Position numbers and translations under genes: made by a program. The notes under the pieces are model-generated. The model was not told the origin of the DNA, ran no database searches, and saw only the letters and a program-made list of their open reading frames with translations. From NCBI GenBank assembly GCA_964457225.1, contig CAYWEM010000001.1, forward strand, positions 78,012-142,011: 64,000 nt of DNA. Direction: 5' to 3'. This stretch comes from an uncultured Clostridia bacterium (GTDB lineage: Bacteria > Acidobacteriota > Aminicenantia > UBA2199). Shown in pieces: positions 1-9,225 of the stretch (its first letter is position 1; each line of letters begins with the position of its first letter).

Positions 1-1033
1 GCATGAAGTATTCGGCGTATTCCGGGCAGAACTTCTGTTCCTGTTCAAGCTGGTTGATGAACAAATAGTAATGCAGGTCGTACTTGATTCCAGAATCCCG
101 GCCCTTGAAACGTGAGATCAGGAATTCGAGCAGGTCGCGGCCGCCGTAACTCTTGATGAATTTTTCCTGCCGATCCGCTGAGCTCAGGCCCATTTCTTCC
201 ACGATTACGAACAGGTTGAAAAAATCGTTCTGGAACAGCTTCAACATGGTGCGCACAAAGGTTTCAGAAAAACCGTCCTCCCGATAATAACTGCGCTGCC
301 AGCGGCGGAAATGCCGGCTCCATTTGCGGTTCAGAATCAGTTTACTCTTGAAATAATTGGCATCAGTAATGCCCGAAACGGTTTCGTAATGGTAGATGAC
401 CACCTCAGGCTGGTAAATCACTTTGAGTCCCCTTTCCCTGATCCGCAGGCAGAGATCGGTGTCCTCGTAAGTCGAATGAAAATCAAGGGAAAAAGCGCCA
501 AGTTCATTGAACAAGTCTTTTTTGATAGCCAGAAAGGCACCAGTCACCACTTCCACTTCACGCATTTTGTTGACCTGGGGTATGAAGGCCGGAGCGAATT
601 TGTATATGTGCTCCGAACCGTTGGTTTCCGGGTTTATGGCTCCGCCGGCGAACTGGATCAGGTGAGTGTCGGGATAGATCAGCTTGCCGCCGACCACGGC
701 AATGCTTTTATCTAGGGCAAAGGTTTTCAGTACCGTGTAAAGCCAGCCTGGAGAAACTATCTCAGTATCCACATTCAAAAAGACCAGGAGTCCGCCGCGG
801 GCCAGGGCGGCGCCCCGGTTGACCGTCCTGACAAAACCCAGGTTTTTGCGGTTGCGGTAAAATCTTACCCGGCTGAATTTCTTTTTAATTTCAGCGGATA
901 CCGGCTGTTTCGAGCCGTCATCGACCAGAATGATTTCGTAGTCATGGTAATAGGTATAGGCCTTGATCGATTCCAGGCATCTCGGCAGGTACTCTTCGGC
1001 ATCAAAGTACGGGATGACGATCGATATTTTCAT
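1..1033 (-). CDS. Family 2 glycosyltransferase (GT-A fold); 5' part only, C-terminus runs off the left edge of the window
   Basis: My minus-strand translation starts at ATG 1033..1031 (MKISIVIPYFDAEEYL...VDDGS...YEDTDLC), the typical GT2 N-terminal DxD architecture. It overlaps the upstream gene by 32 bp. It is not in the ORF track because it is truncated by the window edge. Confidence 0.75.
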   Translation of the reverse strand, partial: MKISIVIPYFDAEEYLPRCLESIKAYTYYHDYEIILVDDGSKQPVSAEIKKKFSRVRFYRNRKNLGFVRTVNRGAALARGGLLVFLNVDTEIVSPGWLYTVLKTFALDKSIAVVGGKLIYPDTHLIQFAGGAINPETNGSEHIYKFAPAFIPQVNKMREVEVVTGAFLAIKKDLFNELGAFSLDFHSTYEDTDLCLRIRERGLKVIYQPEVVIYHYETVSGITDANYFKSKLILNRKWSRHFRRWQRSYYREDGFSETFVRTMLKLFQNDFFNLFVIVEEMGLSSADRQEKFIKSYGGRDLLEFLISRFKGRDSGIKYDLHYYLFINQLEQEQKFCPEYAEYFM

Positions 1034-2597
1034 TGCTTCTGAATCCGTTTTTTTCCGCTTCCTGATTTAATCTGGCTGTTTGTTCCTTTTCTGCCAGGCA
1101 GAGCAGGTTTCTCTTTTGGAAACCCAGACCCAACAATTGTTTTCTTATTGATTTGTAATATATTGAAGCGATAATCACTTTGGCCTCGGCGATAAAAACT
1201 GGTTTTTTCACCCTTTTACCGAAAAAAGTTCTCGTTTTCGGCCGGTTATCAAAAAAACAGACGATCTGGAAGCGTTCCCGATGCAACATCAATAAGACCC
1301 ATAGAGCAAGTGATCCGGTACCGAAAATAATCAGAGGCTGTTCTTTGCGTTGTATGCCCCAATTACGCTTGGTTGAGGGAAGTAAACCAGGTCTTTGCCC
1401 TGAAGAAACAGCGGGTTTTTCCTGAAAATAAGAGGAAATCTGCTTTTGAATACTCTCAGGCGAATAGGCTTTCTCAGCGAATTGCCGGCCCCGTTCGCCA
1501 AGTTTTAAAGCCAGTCCCCGGTCCCGGTACAAACGACGCATCAGCTCAACCGCCTGTTCCAGGTTCGGCTCGGCCCACAACCAGCCTTGCCGGTATGGTC
1601 CAAATCTCCTGCGAACCTCAGTCTTGCTGAAAGTCAATGGCAGGGAGTTATCTTCATTCATAAAATCAGTATTCCCGCCGTAATTGGTTGCCACCACTGG
1701 TAGTCCAAGAAACATGGCTTCCAGCATACCTATGCCAAAACCCTCTGAACGGTGCAGTGAAACGTAGGCATCAGTTGCAGCCAGCAAGTTCATGTACTCG
1801 TTTTTAGAGAAGTTACGGTATTCAAAAATCACCCGGCCCTGCAGGCCTTGAGCAAGAACCATCTTGTGTAACTCTTTGATGTTGTCCAGCCCGGACTTGG
1901 CGTGGGCGATCTTGAAAACCAGTTTTGTATCTTTTTGCCGGAGAAAGGCGGCGGAAAAAGCGCTTAAAAGACCAAGTGGGTTTTTTCTCTCATAAGAACT
2001 GTACAGGTCAAAATTGAAAAAAATCACGAAATCATCATCGTTTAACTGGTAGTCCTGCCTAACTTCCCGTCTGGTCCTGGTTATGTTCCAGTTCCGGTAG
2101 TAGGGAAAGACCAGCTGTCTTACTTGGGCACTTCCGGAAAGACTTTTTGCTACAGCTGTTTTCACAAACGAGGAAAAAACCAGCACATCATCGATAAAAT
2201 TAAATGCTTGCGGAAAATCAAAATAGTCATCGAATTCCCACCAGAATACTCCCGTATTAAAAGTCCCCTTGATGGCCCCGGCATTGATTTTATTAAAATA
2301 TGGAATGGAATCCGCATTGCAAAAAAACAAGTTGTGCCTGAAACTCGGTCTGAGCTTTCTTTTTTTCAACAACGGAATTTGCTCTTCCGGGCTGATCAGC
2401 TGGTGAAAGTTGGAATGCAGGAAATACAGCGAATGCGGAAAGTGCATGTCCACCAGGTGGCGGATGAAAAACCTGCCGACTTCAGCTATACCAATCATGT
2501 TCAGGAAATAGCCGATTACGTTCAAACCTTCAGTACCGATAGGGCAATGCTTTTTAGGCATGAGTCTCGTCAGGAAGTTTCCTTCTTGTCCCATCAC
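1002..2597 (-). CDS. GT4-family glycosyltransferase with an ~80-aa C-terminal Rossmann-like extension (IFGTG...CFFDNRP...VIIAS)
   Basis: Glycos_transf_1 signature EGFGIGMLEAMFLGLPVVATNYGGNTDFM. The C-terminal 80 aa are ~45% identical to the C-terminus of the neighbouring 1058-aa protein. Confidence 0.75.
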   Translation of the reverse strand: MMGQEGNFLTRLMPKKHCPIGTEGLNVIGYFLNMIGIAEVGRFFIRHLVDMHFPHSLYFLHSNFHQLISPEEQIPLLKKRKLRPSFRHNLFFCNADSIPYFNKINAGAIKGTFNTGVFWWEFDDYFDFPQAFNFIDDVLVFSSFVKTAVAKSLSGSAQVRQLVFPYYRNWNITRTRREVRQDYQLNDDDFVIFFNFDLYSSYERKNPLGLLSAFSAAFLRQKDTKLVFKIAHAKSGLDNIKELHKMVLAQGLQGRVIFEYRNFSKNEYMNLLAATDAYVSLHRSEGFGIGMLEAMFLGLPVVATNYGGNTDFMNEDNSLPLTFSKTEVRRRFGPYRQGWLWAEPNLEQAVELMRRLYRDRGLALKLGERGRQFAEKAYSPESIQKQISSYFQEKPAVSSGQRPGLLPSTKRNWGIQRKEQPLIIFGTGSLALWVLLMLHRERFQIVCFFDNRPKTRTFFGKRVKKPVFIAEAKVIIASIYYKSIRKQLLGLGFQKRNLLCLAEKEQTARLNQEAEKNGFRSNENIDRHPVL

Positions 2598-2612
2598 TTG
2601 AAAACTGTATCA

Positions 2613-5600
2613 TCATGCTTCCTCATCCTCGGAAATGGCCGACAATAAGTCATTTTCAACATAACCAAGTTCCAGCAACTGCCGGCTGATTTGTTCCGAA
2701 TACATTGAGGCGATTATCACCCTGGCCCCGGGCATGAATCTCGGCTTGCGCACCGGCAGGCCCAGGAATTCCCTGTTCCTGGGCCGATTGTCAAAAAAGC
2801 AGTTGATTTTGTTTTTTTCTTTTCCCAGCATGCGCATGATCCAGGCGGACATTGCTCCAGTGCCGAATATCACCAGTTTCTTGTCCGGACCGGCAAATTT
2901 TTCCTTTAAGTCCTGAACAAACCCGGCCAAGTGCAACAGCATTTCCTCTCTCTGCCGGGCGGAATTCGCGGCCTTTTCCAACTGCTTTTCTTGGTGCCGT
3001 AAAAGAGACTCCTGTTCAAGGATTCTCTGCTCCTTTTCAGCAAGGTGGTTCCGACATGTGCTTATTTCCTGCTCCCAGGCCAGGGTCATCGACCTGGCAT
3101 CCTGAAGCTCAAGCTTTCCCCGTATTGAAAAAGAAATACATGACCTCACTTTTTGTCTGACCAGGAAAATCGGATCAGCAGTCCTGAAGAGATAAAAGCC
3201 ATCAAGCTGAGGAACCCCGTTGCTCTCCAGGCGGTTCAAAGCCAATTCCCTGAAGCGGCCCGACCTGGTTTTAATCTTGATGCCGTCAATCCTGACCCGG
3301 CCCCAATAACCTTCCCAGGGGTCGAAACGCCAGAACCTGACCGTTCCCCTTGGCGGTATGGAAAAACAGACTGAAAATGAACCGTCATCCCTGACGGCTA
3401 TCTGTTCGTTGACCTTGTCCTGCTCACTGAACCCTCCGCCGAGATCAAAAAAAAGACCGGCCTCGAGGTTCAGAGGCAGGCGGGAACTATTCTCGATCAC
3501 GCTCAGCAGTAAGCGGTCGATATCCCGTAAATACAGGCCGTCTTCGCTGGTCCAGGGCTGGTCGGCCAGAGCCTCAACCATTGATTCTTTCTTTTTCTTG
3601 GCAGCCGGCGGAATAGAATCCTTTTTCAGCACCTGGCGCTCGAACAGAATATCACGGTAAAACTCAACCATGGCCCTGATTTCATCCTCAAGGCTTGGAA
3701 TCAGGGTTTTTCCGGCCCCGGCCCGGATTTTTTTCAGCAGGCCCGGTTCAGTAAGCAACCTGTTCATGGCAGCCGTTAGTGCCTCGCTGTCGCCGACGGG
3801 AAACTTCAGTCCGTTGACTTCGTTCTGAACGATGAAAGAACCAAAAAAATCAGCCGCAATGACCGGCAGGCCCAGGGCAAGGGCTTCGCGCAGAACCCGG
3901 TTATAAGTGTCGAAATAAGACGGCACTATGACCAGGTCCGAACCGGCCGCCAGCCCGGGGAAATCCTCCGGGGCGTAGGGCCCGTGGTACTGTATCCGGC
4001 CGGGAAACTCCGCCGTCAATTGGTTTATCCGGTTCAGGAATTCCGGAACGACCATGATCCCGTACAAATCAAGCCTGAACCCCTTGCTTGAAGCTGTTTT
4101 TGCAAAAGCTTTCAGGATAAGATCTATTCCCTTGCTGAACAGCATGGTGCCGAAATACGCGAAACGCAACTCAGATCGATTTTTTCCGGATTTTTTCAAT
4201 CCGGCCGTTTCGGGTTTTTCGAAACCCCTGGGAATAATCCTGGTTTTGTCAGGGCTGATGGGCACATATGAAGTGAAGTGATCTCGGAACTTGGGGCTGG
4301 TGAAAATCACTCCGGCAATCTTTTCGGCGTAAAGCCTCCTGGTGTTTTCAGCCCGGTCAGCCAGCAGCTTTTCCATCCGGGTCAATTCCAGCTCCGGCAT
4401 GTTATTCCGGCTGAGGCCCCGCACCCGGGCCATAAAGCATTCAGCGCACTTGGCCGCGGTTTCCGGCCCGGAACAAAGATAACCGTCCAGCCCCTCGGAT
4501 ATCACCGGGTAATCCTGGTGGCAGATCTCTTCGTCATTGCAGACACAGCGCACCACCGGCACTCCCAGGTCGTGAAACAGGGCCAGGGCTTCAACCGGCA
4601 GGTAGACGTAATCGTTGACCTGAATGATGTCCGGCCGAAAATCTTTACAGATTCTTTCCAGGGAGTAAAGCTGGAGTAATAGCGCCGGGCGGTTGATCTG
4701 CCGAAGGAAGGCCCGATGTTTATCAAACCTGGGGACTGTGTAAAGGGTAATACCATTCAGGTTTTCCTTCTTGAAACCGACTCTGACTTCGCAGGCCGAG
4801 GGGACCAGCACCGCGGTTTCAATCCCTAGCTTCTGCAGTCCCCGGGCATGGTTCCAGGTGCTGATCGGGGTGCCCGAATTCTCAAAAGGAGGAATGGCAT
4901 GGTTTACCAGCAGGACCCGTTCCACTCTCTGCTTGACCAGGTCATCACGATCAGAGTGGAGGCGCGCCTCCGCATGTACCTGGTCCCACTGGGGATATTT
5001 TTTGCGCAGGCGTTCATGGGAAATCCTTTGCCTTTCAAGCTTGGTCTGGAGGTGTTGCTCATCTTTCACGTAATCATGGTATATAACAGGCTTAGGAGAG
5101 TATATCTGCCTTCGCTTGTCCGGATCAAATTCCAGCAGGCGCAGGTAAAGTTCAGCGCCGCCGCCGCCGAAATTGATCTCATCATCCCAGCCACCGACCT
5201 GGAAAAAGGCTTCGGCCAGGTAGGAGGTGTTGCCTTCCACGTGGGCGAAGGTTGGATAATCATTCGGTCCCATGTAGTAATGGGCTTGCTTTTGGTTGAG
5301 CGGATTGTCCGTCTTGGGCACATACAAACCTCGACAGGCGATGAGGTCGTACTTCTTGAATAGCCCGAGATGGGCCGCCAGCAGGTTTTCCGCCGGGATG
5401 CCGTCGTCTTCCAGGAAAAGCAGGATGGGCGCCTCGGCGAAAACCGCGCCCAGGTTGCGGGCCAGGTAGGCGCCGGTATTGCCGTTCAACCTGATATAAG
5501 TATCGATGTAAGGTTCAAGCTCCCTGAACTCACCTTCCGGAGCACCGTTGTCGACAAAGATCAGTTCGATATTCATCCCACGCTGTTTTTCCAGGATCCG

Positions 5601-5789
5601 GAAGCTTTCCAGGTTGTCCCGATGCAGGCGCCAGGAGATGACGATGACTGAAAGCAGAGGAGATTCAGTTTTCCTGAGATAATTAACCCGATCCAGGTAT
5701 TCCAGGTAGCGGGTTTCCTTTTTTCGCCAGTTGCGGCGCATCAAGGCTTTTCTCAATTCAGCCCCGGCATAACTACTGTTCTTGCTCAT
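2613..5789 (-). CDS. Giant multidomain glycosyltransferase: N-terminal GT2 domain, central GT4 domain, coiled-coil segment, and the same C-terminal IFGTG/FFDNRP domain
   Basis: GT2 motifs LSVIVISWR..FVDNG..EDDG. GT4 motif region GLPVIAADFFGSFIVQNEVNGLKF. Heptad-rich EKEQRILEQESLLRHQEKQLEKAANSARQREEML. C-terminal domain shared with 1002-2597. Confidence 0.7.
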   Translation of the reverse strand: MSKNSSYAGAELRKALMRRNWRKKETRYLEYLDRVNYLRKTESPLLSVIVISWRLHRDNLESFRILEKQRGMNIELIFVDNGAPEGEFRELEPYIDTYIRLNGNTGAYLARNLGAVFAEAPILLFLEDDGIPAENLLAAHLGLFKKYDLIACRGLYVPKTDNPLNQKQAHYYMGPNDYPTFAHVEGNTSYLAEAFFQVGGWDDEINFGGGGAELYLRLLEFDPDKRRQIYSPKPVIYHDYVKDEQHLQTKLERQRISHERLRKKYPQWDQVHAEARLHSDRDDLVKQRVERVLLVNHAIPPFENSGTPISTWNHARGLQKLGIETAVLVPSACEVRVGFKKENLNGITLYTVPRFDKHRAFLRQINRPALLLQLYSLERICKDFRPDIIQVNDYVYLPVEALALFHDLGVPVVRCVCNDEEICHQDYPVISEGLDGYLCSGPETAAKCAECFMARVRGLSRNNMPELELTRMEKLLADRAENTRRLYAEKIAGVIFTSPKFRDHFTSYVPISPDKTRIIPRGFEKPETAGLKKSGKNRSELRFAYFGTMLFSKGIDLILKAFAKTASSKGFRLDLYGIMVVPEFLNRINQLTAEFPGRIQYHGPYAPEDFPGLAAGSDLVIVPSYFDTYNRVLREALALGLPVIAADFFGSFIVQNEVNGLKFPVGDSEALTAAMNRLLTEPGLLKKIRAGAGKTLIPSLEDEIRAMVEFYRDILFERQVLKKDSIPPAAKKKKESMVEALADQPWTSEDGLYLRDIDRLLLSVIENSSRLPLNLEAGLFFDLGGGFSEQDKVNEQIAVRDDGSFSVCFSIPPRGTVRFWRFDPWEGYWGRVRIDGIKIKTRSGRFRELALNRLESNGVPQLDGFYLFRTADPIFLVRQKVRSCISFSIRGKLELQDARSMTLAWEQEISTCRNHLAEKEQRILEQESLLRHQEKQLEKAANSARQREEMLLHLAGFVQDLKEKFAGPDKKLVIFGTGAMSAWIMRMLGKEKNKINCFFDNRPRNREFLGLPVRKPRFMPGARVIIASMYSEQISRQLLELGYVENDLLSAISEDEEA

Positions 5790-5831
5790 TGTTTTTCGCC
5801 AAAACAGTTAAACCTGATTTCTTCATGAAAA

Positions 5832-6599
5832 TCAATCAGCCGTCTTTTTTGAGAAGAGGTCGAAGGGAAAAGCCTCTTTCAGTTTTTCCGGATCCATTAT
5901 CGGAGCAGGTTCCCCCCCCATTTCCAGGGCTTCGGCCAGGCTGGAAGCGGCCATGAAACCTGGTCTGCCGGTCCCCTCGTAATAATCCCGGTATTTGAAA
6001 ACGTTCTCGGTATGACCGGGAGCCAGGAGCAAGCGGGCCGGCACGCCGTAAGCTTCAGCGGCTATGATTCCATGCAGGGCGCTGGCCACGACCAGGTCAC
6101 AGCCGAGTATCGTTCCGATCACCTCCTGCACCGGAAGCAGTGGAGACAGTAGGTTCTCAACACCTGCAAACAGATCCAGGTCGTTGTAATTAGGCATGAT
6201 GACATGGTTTCTGCGGGTTTTGATTTTAAAGCTGTCCACTGGAATTAAATCGGCTAAAAGCAATCCCGGATCACCGAATACTTCAGGCCCCCTGACACCT
6301 CGTTTTTCCAGGAATTCCGCGCTCAGAGGCCCGCGGACACTGCGCACGTCCAGACTTGAAAAACTATGCCTTTCAGCCGCGATTTTCCCGTTGACGCCGC
6401 TACCCCAAACCGTGTCCCCGTCGCCGGCAAAATGAAGAATCGAGCCGACAGCCAGCAGTCTATTGCCGGCCTGCCAGGGCGGCAAAATGCCTTTTGAACG
6501 CAGCATGGCGGCCACAATAATTGGAGAAAGCTCATCGCCGAAATTACCTGGAGCTCCGGGCCGGCGGAAGTAGAACAAATTGTCTATTATTTCGGACAC
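5832..6599 (-). CDS. Polysaccharide pyruvyl transferase-like protein (CsaB/WcaK family)
   Basis: N-terminal GxxGNFGDELSPIIVAAML resembles the PS_pyruv_trans signature. The gene is embedded in a glycosyltransferase operon. It is shorter than typical family members. Confidence 0.45.
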   Translation of the reverse strand: MSEIIDNLFYFRRPGAPGNFGDELSPIIVAAMLRSKGILPPWQAGNRLLAVGSILHFAGDGDTVWGSGVNGKIAAERHSFSSLDVRSVRGPLSAEFLEKRGVRGPEVFGDPGLLLADLIPVDSFKIKTRRNHVIMPNYNDLDLFAGVENLLSPLLPVQEVIGTILGCDLVVASALHGIIAAEAYGVPARLLLAPGHTENVFKYRDYYEGTGRPGFMAASSLAEALEMGGEPAPIMDPEKLKEAFPFDLFSKKTAD

Positions 6600-6602
6600 G
6601 TT

Positions 6603-7667
6603 TTATTGCTTCTTTTCCAGTAACAATCTCAAGAACTCTTTTTCGATTATCATCGCGTTTTTTGCCCAACTCAATGACTCAGCCTGCTTCAAGGCACAAA
6701 GAGCCATTTCCTTTCTTTTTTCCGGGGCCAGCACTGCGGCCCGGCGCAGGCCCTCGGCCAGGGCCTCCGGGCTCTGTTCCCTGATCAGGAAGCCCGTTTT
6801 CCCTTCTTCAATCAGCTCCACGGCATCGCCGACAGCCGGAGCAATTACCGGCACCCCCATGGTCAGGGCCAGCATCATCGAGCCTGAGGTCAGGTTGCCC
6901 TCCGAGGCGAAAACGGCGAAATCCGCGGCCGCGAAGAGTTTCTGCACTTCAGCATCAGGAACGCGGCCGGGCAGGAACCTAACCTGGTCCTGGTTGCCTG
7001 AACCAGGCAAATTCAATTCCACTCCAGGATAAACCTGGCCAGCTATCAGGAGTTGCCAGGGGCCCCTATTGGCTCGGCACAATGAATGGGCCTGCAGGAT
7101 CAGATCAAGTCGCTTATGCTTCCGTATATCGCCGAAAACCAGGAAGACCCGATCTGTTTCCGCATACCCCAGCTCGGCCCTGGCGGCGCTTCTCGTTAAT
7201 GAACCAGGATAGACTCCGGCGTAGTTCCCGTGGGGAGTGACCAATACTTTTTCGGCCAGAGCCGGCCAACGGGCGCAGATTTTCTCCCGGCCATATTGCG
7301 AGTGAACGAAAGCCAGGTCACAAGACCGGGCCAATCTCTGCCTCAGAAAGTTCTCCACCCCGGGGTAAAGGCCTTCGTGATTTCGATAGTTGTGAATCGT
7401 CCAGGCCAATTTGCCGCCCAGAGACTGCAAGCCGAGCAAATCGTACAAAAACGATTTGGCCCGGGCCAGGGCCCTTTCCTCACTGTCCTCGTTCTTAAAC
7501 AGAGCATCTTCCCAGTGCAGGTGGAACAACAGCCTCTCGCTCCGGTTTTCAAGTATATCCAGGGCTTCTTCAATTTTCCCAGCCGATATTTTCCAGTTGC
7601 CGGGAAAAGCCCGGTACAATAGCCGTTGATAGGGATTACTGTAATGAGGATAGTAAATTAACTGCAA
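6603..7667 (-). CDS. GT4-family glycosyltransferase
   Basis: C-terminal half has the GT4 EGNLTSGSMMLALTMGVPVIAPAVGDAVELIEEGKTGFL motif region (E-x7-E-like). Tightly packed in the operon, 3-12 bp from its neighbours. Confidence 0.7.
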   Translation of the reverse strand: MQLIYYPHYSNPYQRLLYRAFPGNWKISAGKIEEALDILENRSERLLFHLHWEDALFKNEDSEERALARAKSFLYDLLGLQSLGGKLAWTIHNYRNHEGLYPGVENFLRQRLARSCDLAFVHSQYGREKICARWPALAEKVLVTPHGNYAGVYPGSLTRSAARAELGYAETDRVFLVFGDIRKHKRLDLILQAHSLCRANRGPWQLLIAGQVYPGVELNLPGSGNQDQVRFLPGRVPDAEVQKLFAAADFAVFASEGNLTSGSMMLALTMGVPVIAPAVGDAVELIEEGKTGFLIREQSPEALAEGLRRAAVLAPEKRKEMALCALKQAESLSWAKNAMIIEKEFLRLLLEKKQ

Positions 7668-7679
7668 GATTTCACTCTT

Positions 7680-9224
7680 TCAGGATTCAGGAAAATTGTA
7701 ATCCCGCCTGACCTGCTGATCTCGAAAATCCTTGAATTCATTGCCATACACCACTCCACCCCGGCCGTCGCGGTAAACCCCGCCCTGAGCGGCGAAACTG
7801 TTGACGTAATTACATTCCAGTTCCTTGTAACCGTATTCAATGATATTGGCCACGCCATCAACCGTTCCGACCCTGGTTCCGGGATATGCTTCCGGTAGTA
7901 ATAATGGATGGAAATTTCCCTGGAATACATTCCCGAAGAATGGTTTGTTATTTGGATCGGGTGAAAAGCAATTTGGATCATAACCTATGTTCCCCTCATA
8001 ATCCATGATAAAGAAATGTACTCCGGTATAAGTCAGTTTTCCTTGACAGGAAACATTTGACAGTAAATACCTGATCATTCCATCGTCCATGTACCGGGCA
8101 ATAAAAATTCTTTCATCATCAGTGTATTCTCCCGGGAAAACCCTGCCCTCATGCTTCCCCTGCAATCTCCTGACGAAAACCAAGAAGCCGGCACGCCGGA
8201 AGAATGCCACATCTTCTTCGAAATGGCTGAAATAAGGAGGGTAAGCCACGTAGACAACCGGAACCTCAAGGTTTTTACTGCGGAAAAAGAATAAATACTT
8301 CAGATGATCTTCCCTGGAAATCATTGCAGGATGAAACGAGCTGACCATACACAATCTTTGTTCGGCGGCCAATTTGGAACCAGCAGCTTCCCCGGCGGCT
8401 TTAGTGGCAATATTGCTGATCAGGCGGATTCTCCAATTCGGCTCTGATTCGCACATGGCCACTATCTCCGGGAAAAGCCGTCCCAGGGTGGGCTCTCCAT
8501 GTCCCAGGTACAACACCAGTTTCTGGTTACCAAAACAAGCCTTTAGATTGTCATGCCATTGCTTGATGGTGCCGAAGGTTTTATCGGAATGGCTGTGCAA
8601 TCCAATGTAATAGCAATAAGGGCATCTGAAGTTGCATTTTGCTTCACGGCCGTTGTACTGCCATTGAACTACAGTATATTGCCGGGTAATCATCCAGAAA
8701 AGTGAGCGGCAGATTATCTCGTAGCCTTCGGCGTTTGGATGTAACTCGTCCCTCAGCCCATCCTGAGGTTTTTTCAATTCTCTTTGCCACAGGGCGTTTA
8801 TATCGGCAATTTTAATCTTCTTTTGCCTGGAAATATCTCTGACTACATTGCTGTAGTGGTCAACTTCCCGGTTATAGGATGACCGGGTAAAATCATAGCT
8901 TGGCGAAACGGTATTGAGAATAACCCTACTGCCTCTTTTTTCGAAAGAATCAACCATGATTATCAGATTGTTCTTGTATTCGATTTCATCGACCCCCTTG
9001 CGCCAGTCATTCATACCGAAAGCAATAACTGCTATTTCAGGCTTTTCTGCCAGCAAGGGATCGATTCTTTTTAGCCCGTCTCTGCTAGTATCGCCTCGAA
9101 CTCCGGCATTGATTACTTCGAGTTTGACTTCCGGATACTCCCGGCGAAGTTTTTCCTCCATCAGGGGGGAGAATTCCTGGGTTATCGAATCGCCGAAAAA
9201 AACCAACTTGCAAGGGTTTTCCAT
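7680..9224 (-). CDS. SGNH/GDSL hydrolase domain fused to a radical SAM domain
   Basis: N-terminal domain has GDSL block I (LVFFGDSITQ), GxND (FGMNDW) and DxxH (DELHPNAEGY). The C-terminal domain has the CxxxCxxC radical-SAM motif (CNFRCPYC) plus a C-terminal Cys cluster. Start chosen at ATG 9224 (MENPCKL), 2 nt after the TAA of the upstream gene; the ORF-track N-terminal 65 aa overlap that gene. Confidence 0.65.
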   Translation of the reverse strand: MENPCKLVFFGDSITQEFSPLMEEKLRREYPEVKLEVINAGVRGDTSRDGLKRIDPLLAEKPEIAVIAFGMNDWRKGVDEIEYKNNLIIMVDSFEKRGSRVILNTVSPSYDFTRSSYNREVDHYSNVVRDISRQKKIKIADINALWQRELKKPQDGLRDELHPNAEGYEIICRSLFWMITRQYTVVQWQYNGREAKCNFRCPYCYYIGLHSHSDKTFGTIKQWHDNLKACFGNQKLVLYLGHGEPTLGRLFPEIVAMCESEPNWRIRLISNIATKAAGEAAGSKLAAEQRLCMVSSFHPAMISREDHLKYLFFFRSKNLEVPVVYVAYPPYFSHFEEDVAFFRRAGFLVFVRRLQGKHEGRVFPGEYTDDERIFIARYMDDGMIRYLLSNVSCQGKLTYTGVHFFIMDYEGNIGYDPNCFSPDPNNKPFFGNVFQGNFHPLLLPEAYPGTRVGTVDGVANIIEYGYKELECNYVNSFAAQGGVYRDGRGGVVYGNEFKDFRDQQVRRDYNFPES

Positions 9225-9225
9225 G

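Noticed and set aside
311-715. 134-aa plus-strand ORF
   Set aside because: It lies entirely inside, and antisense to, the well-supported GT2 gene (1-1033). No motifs.
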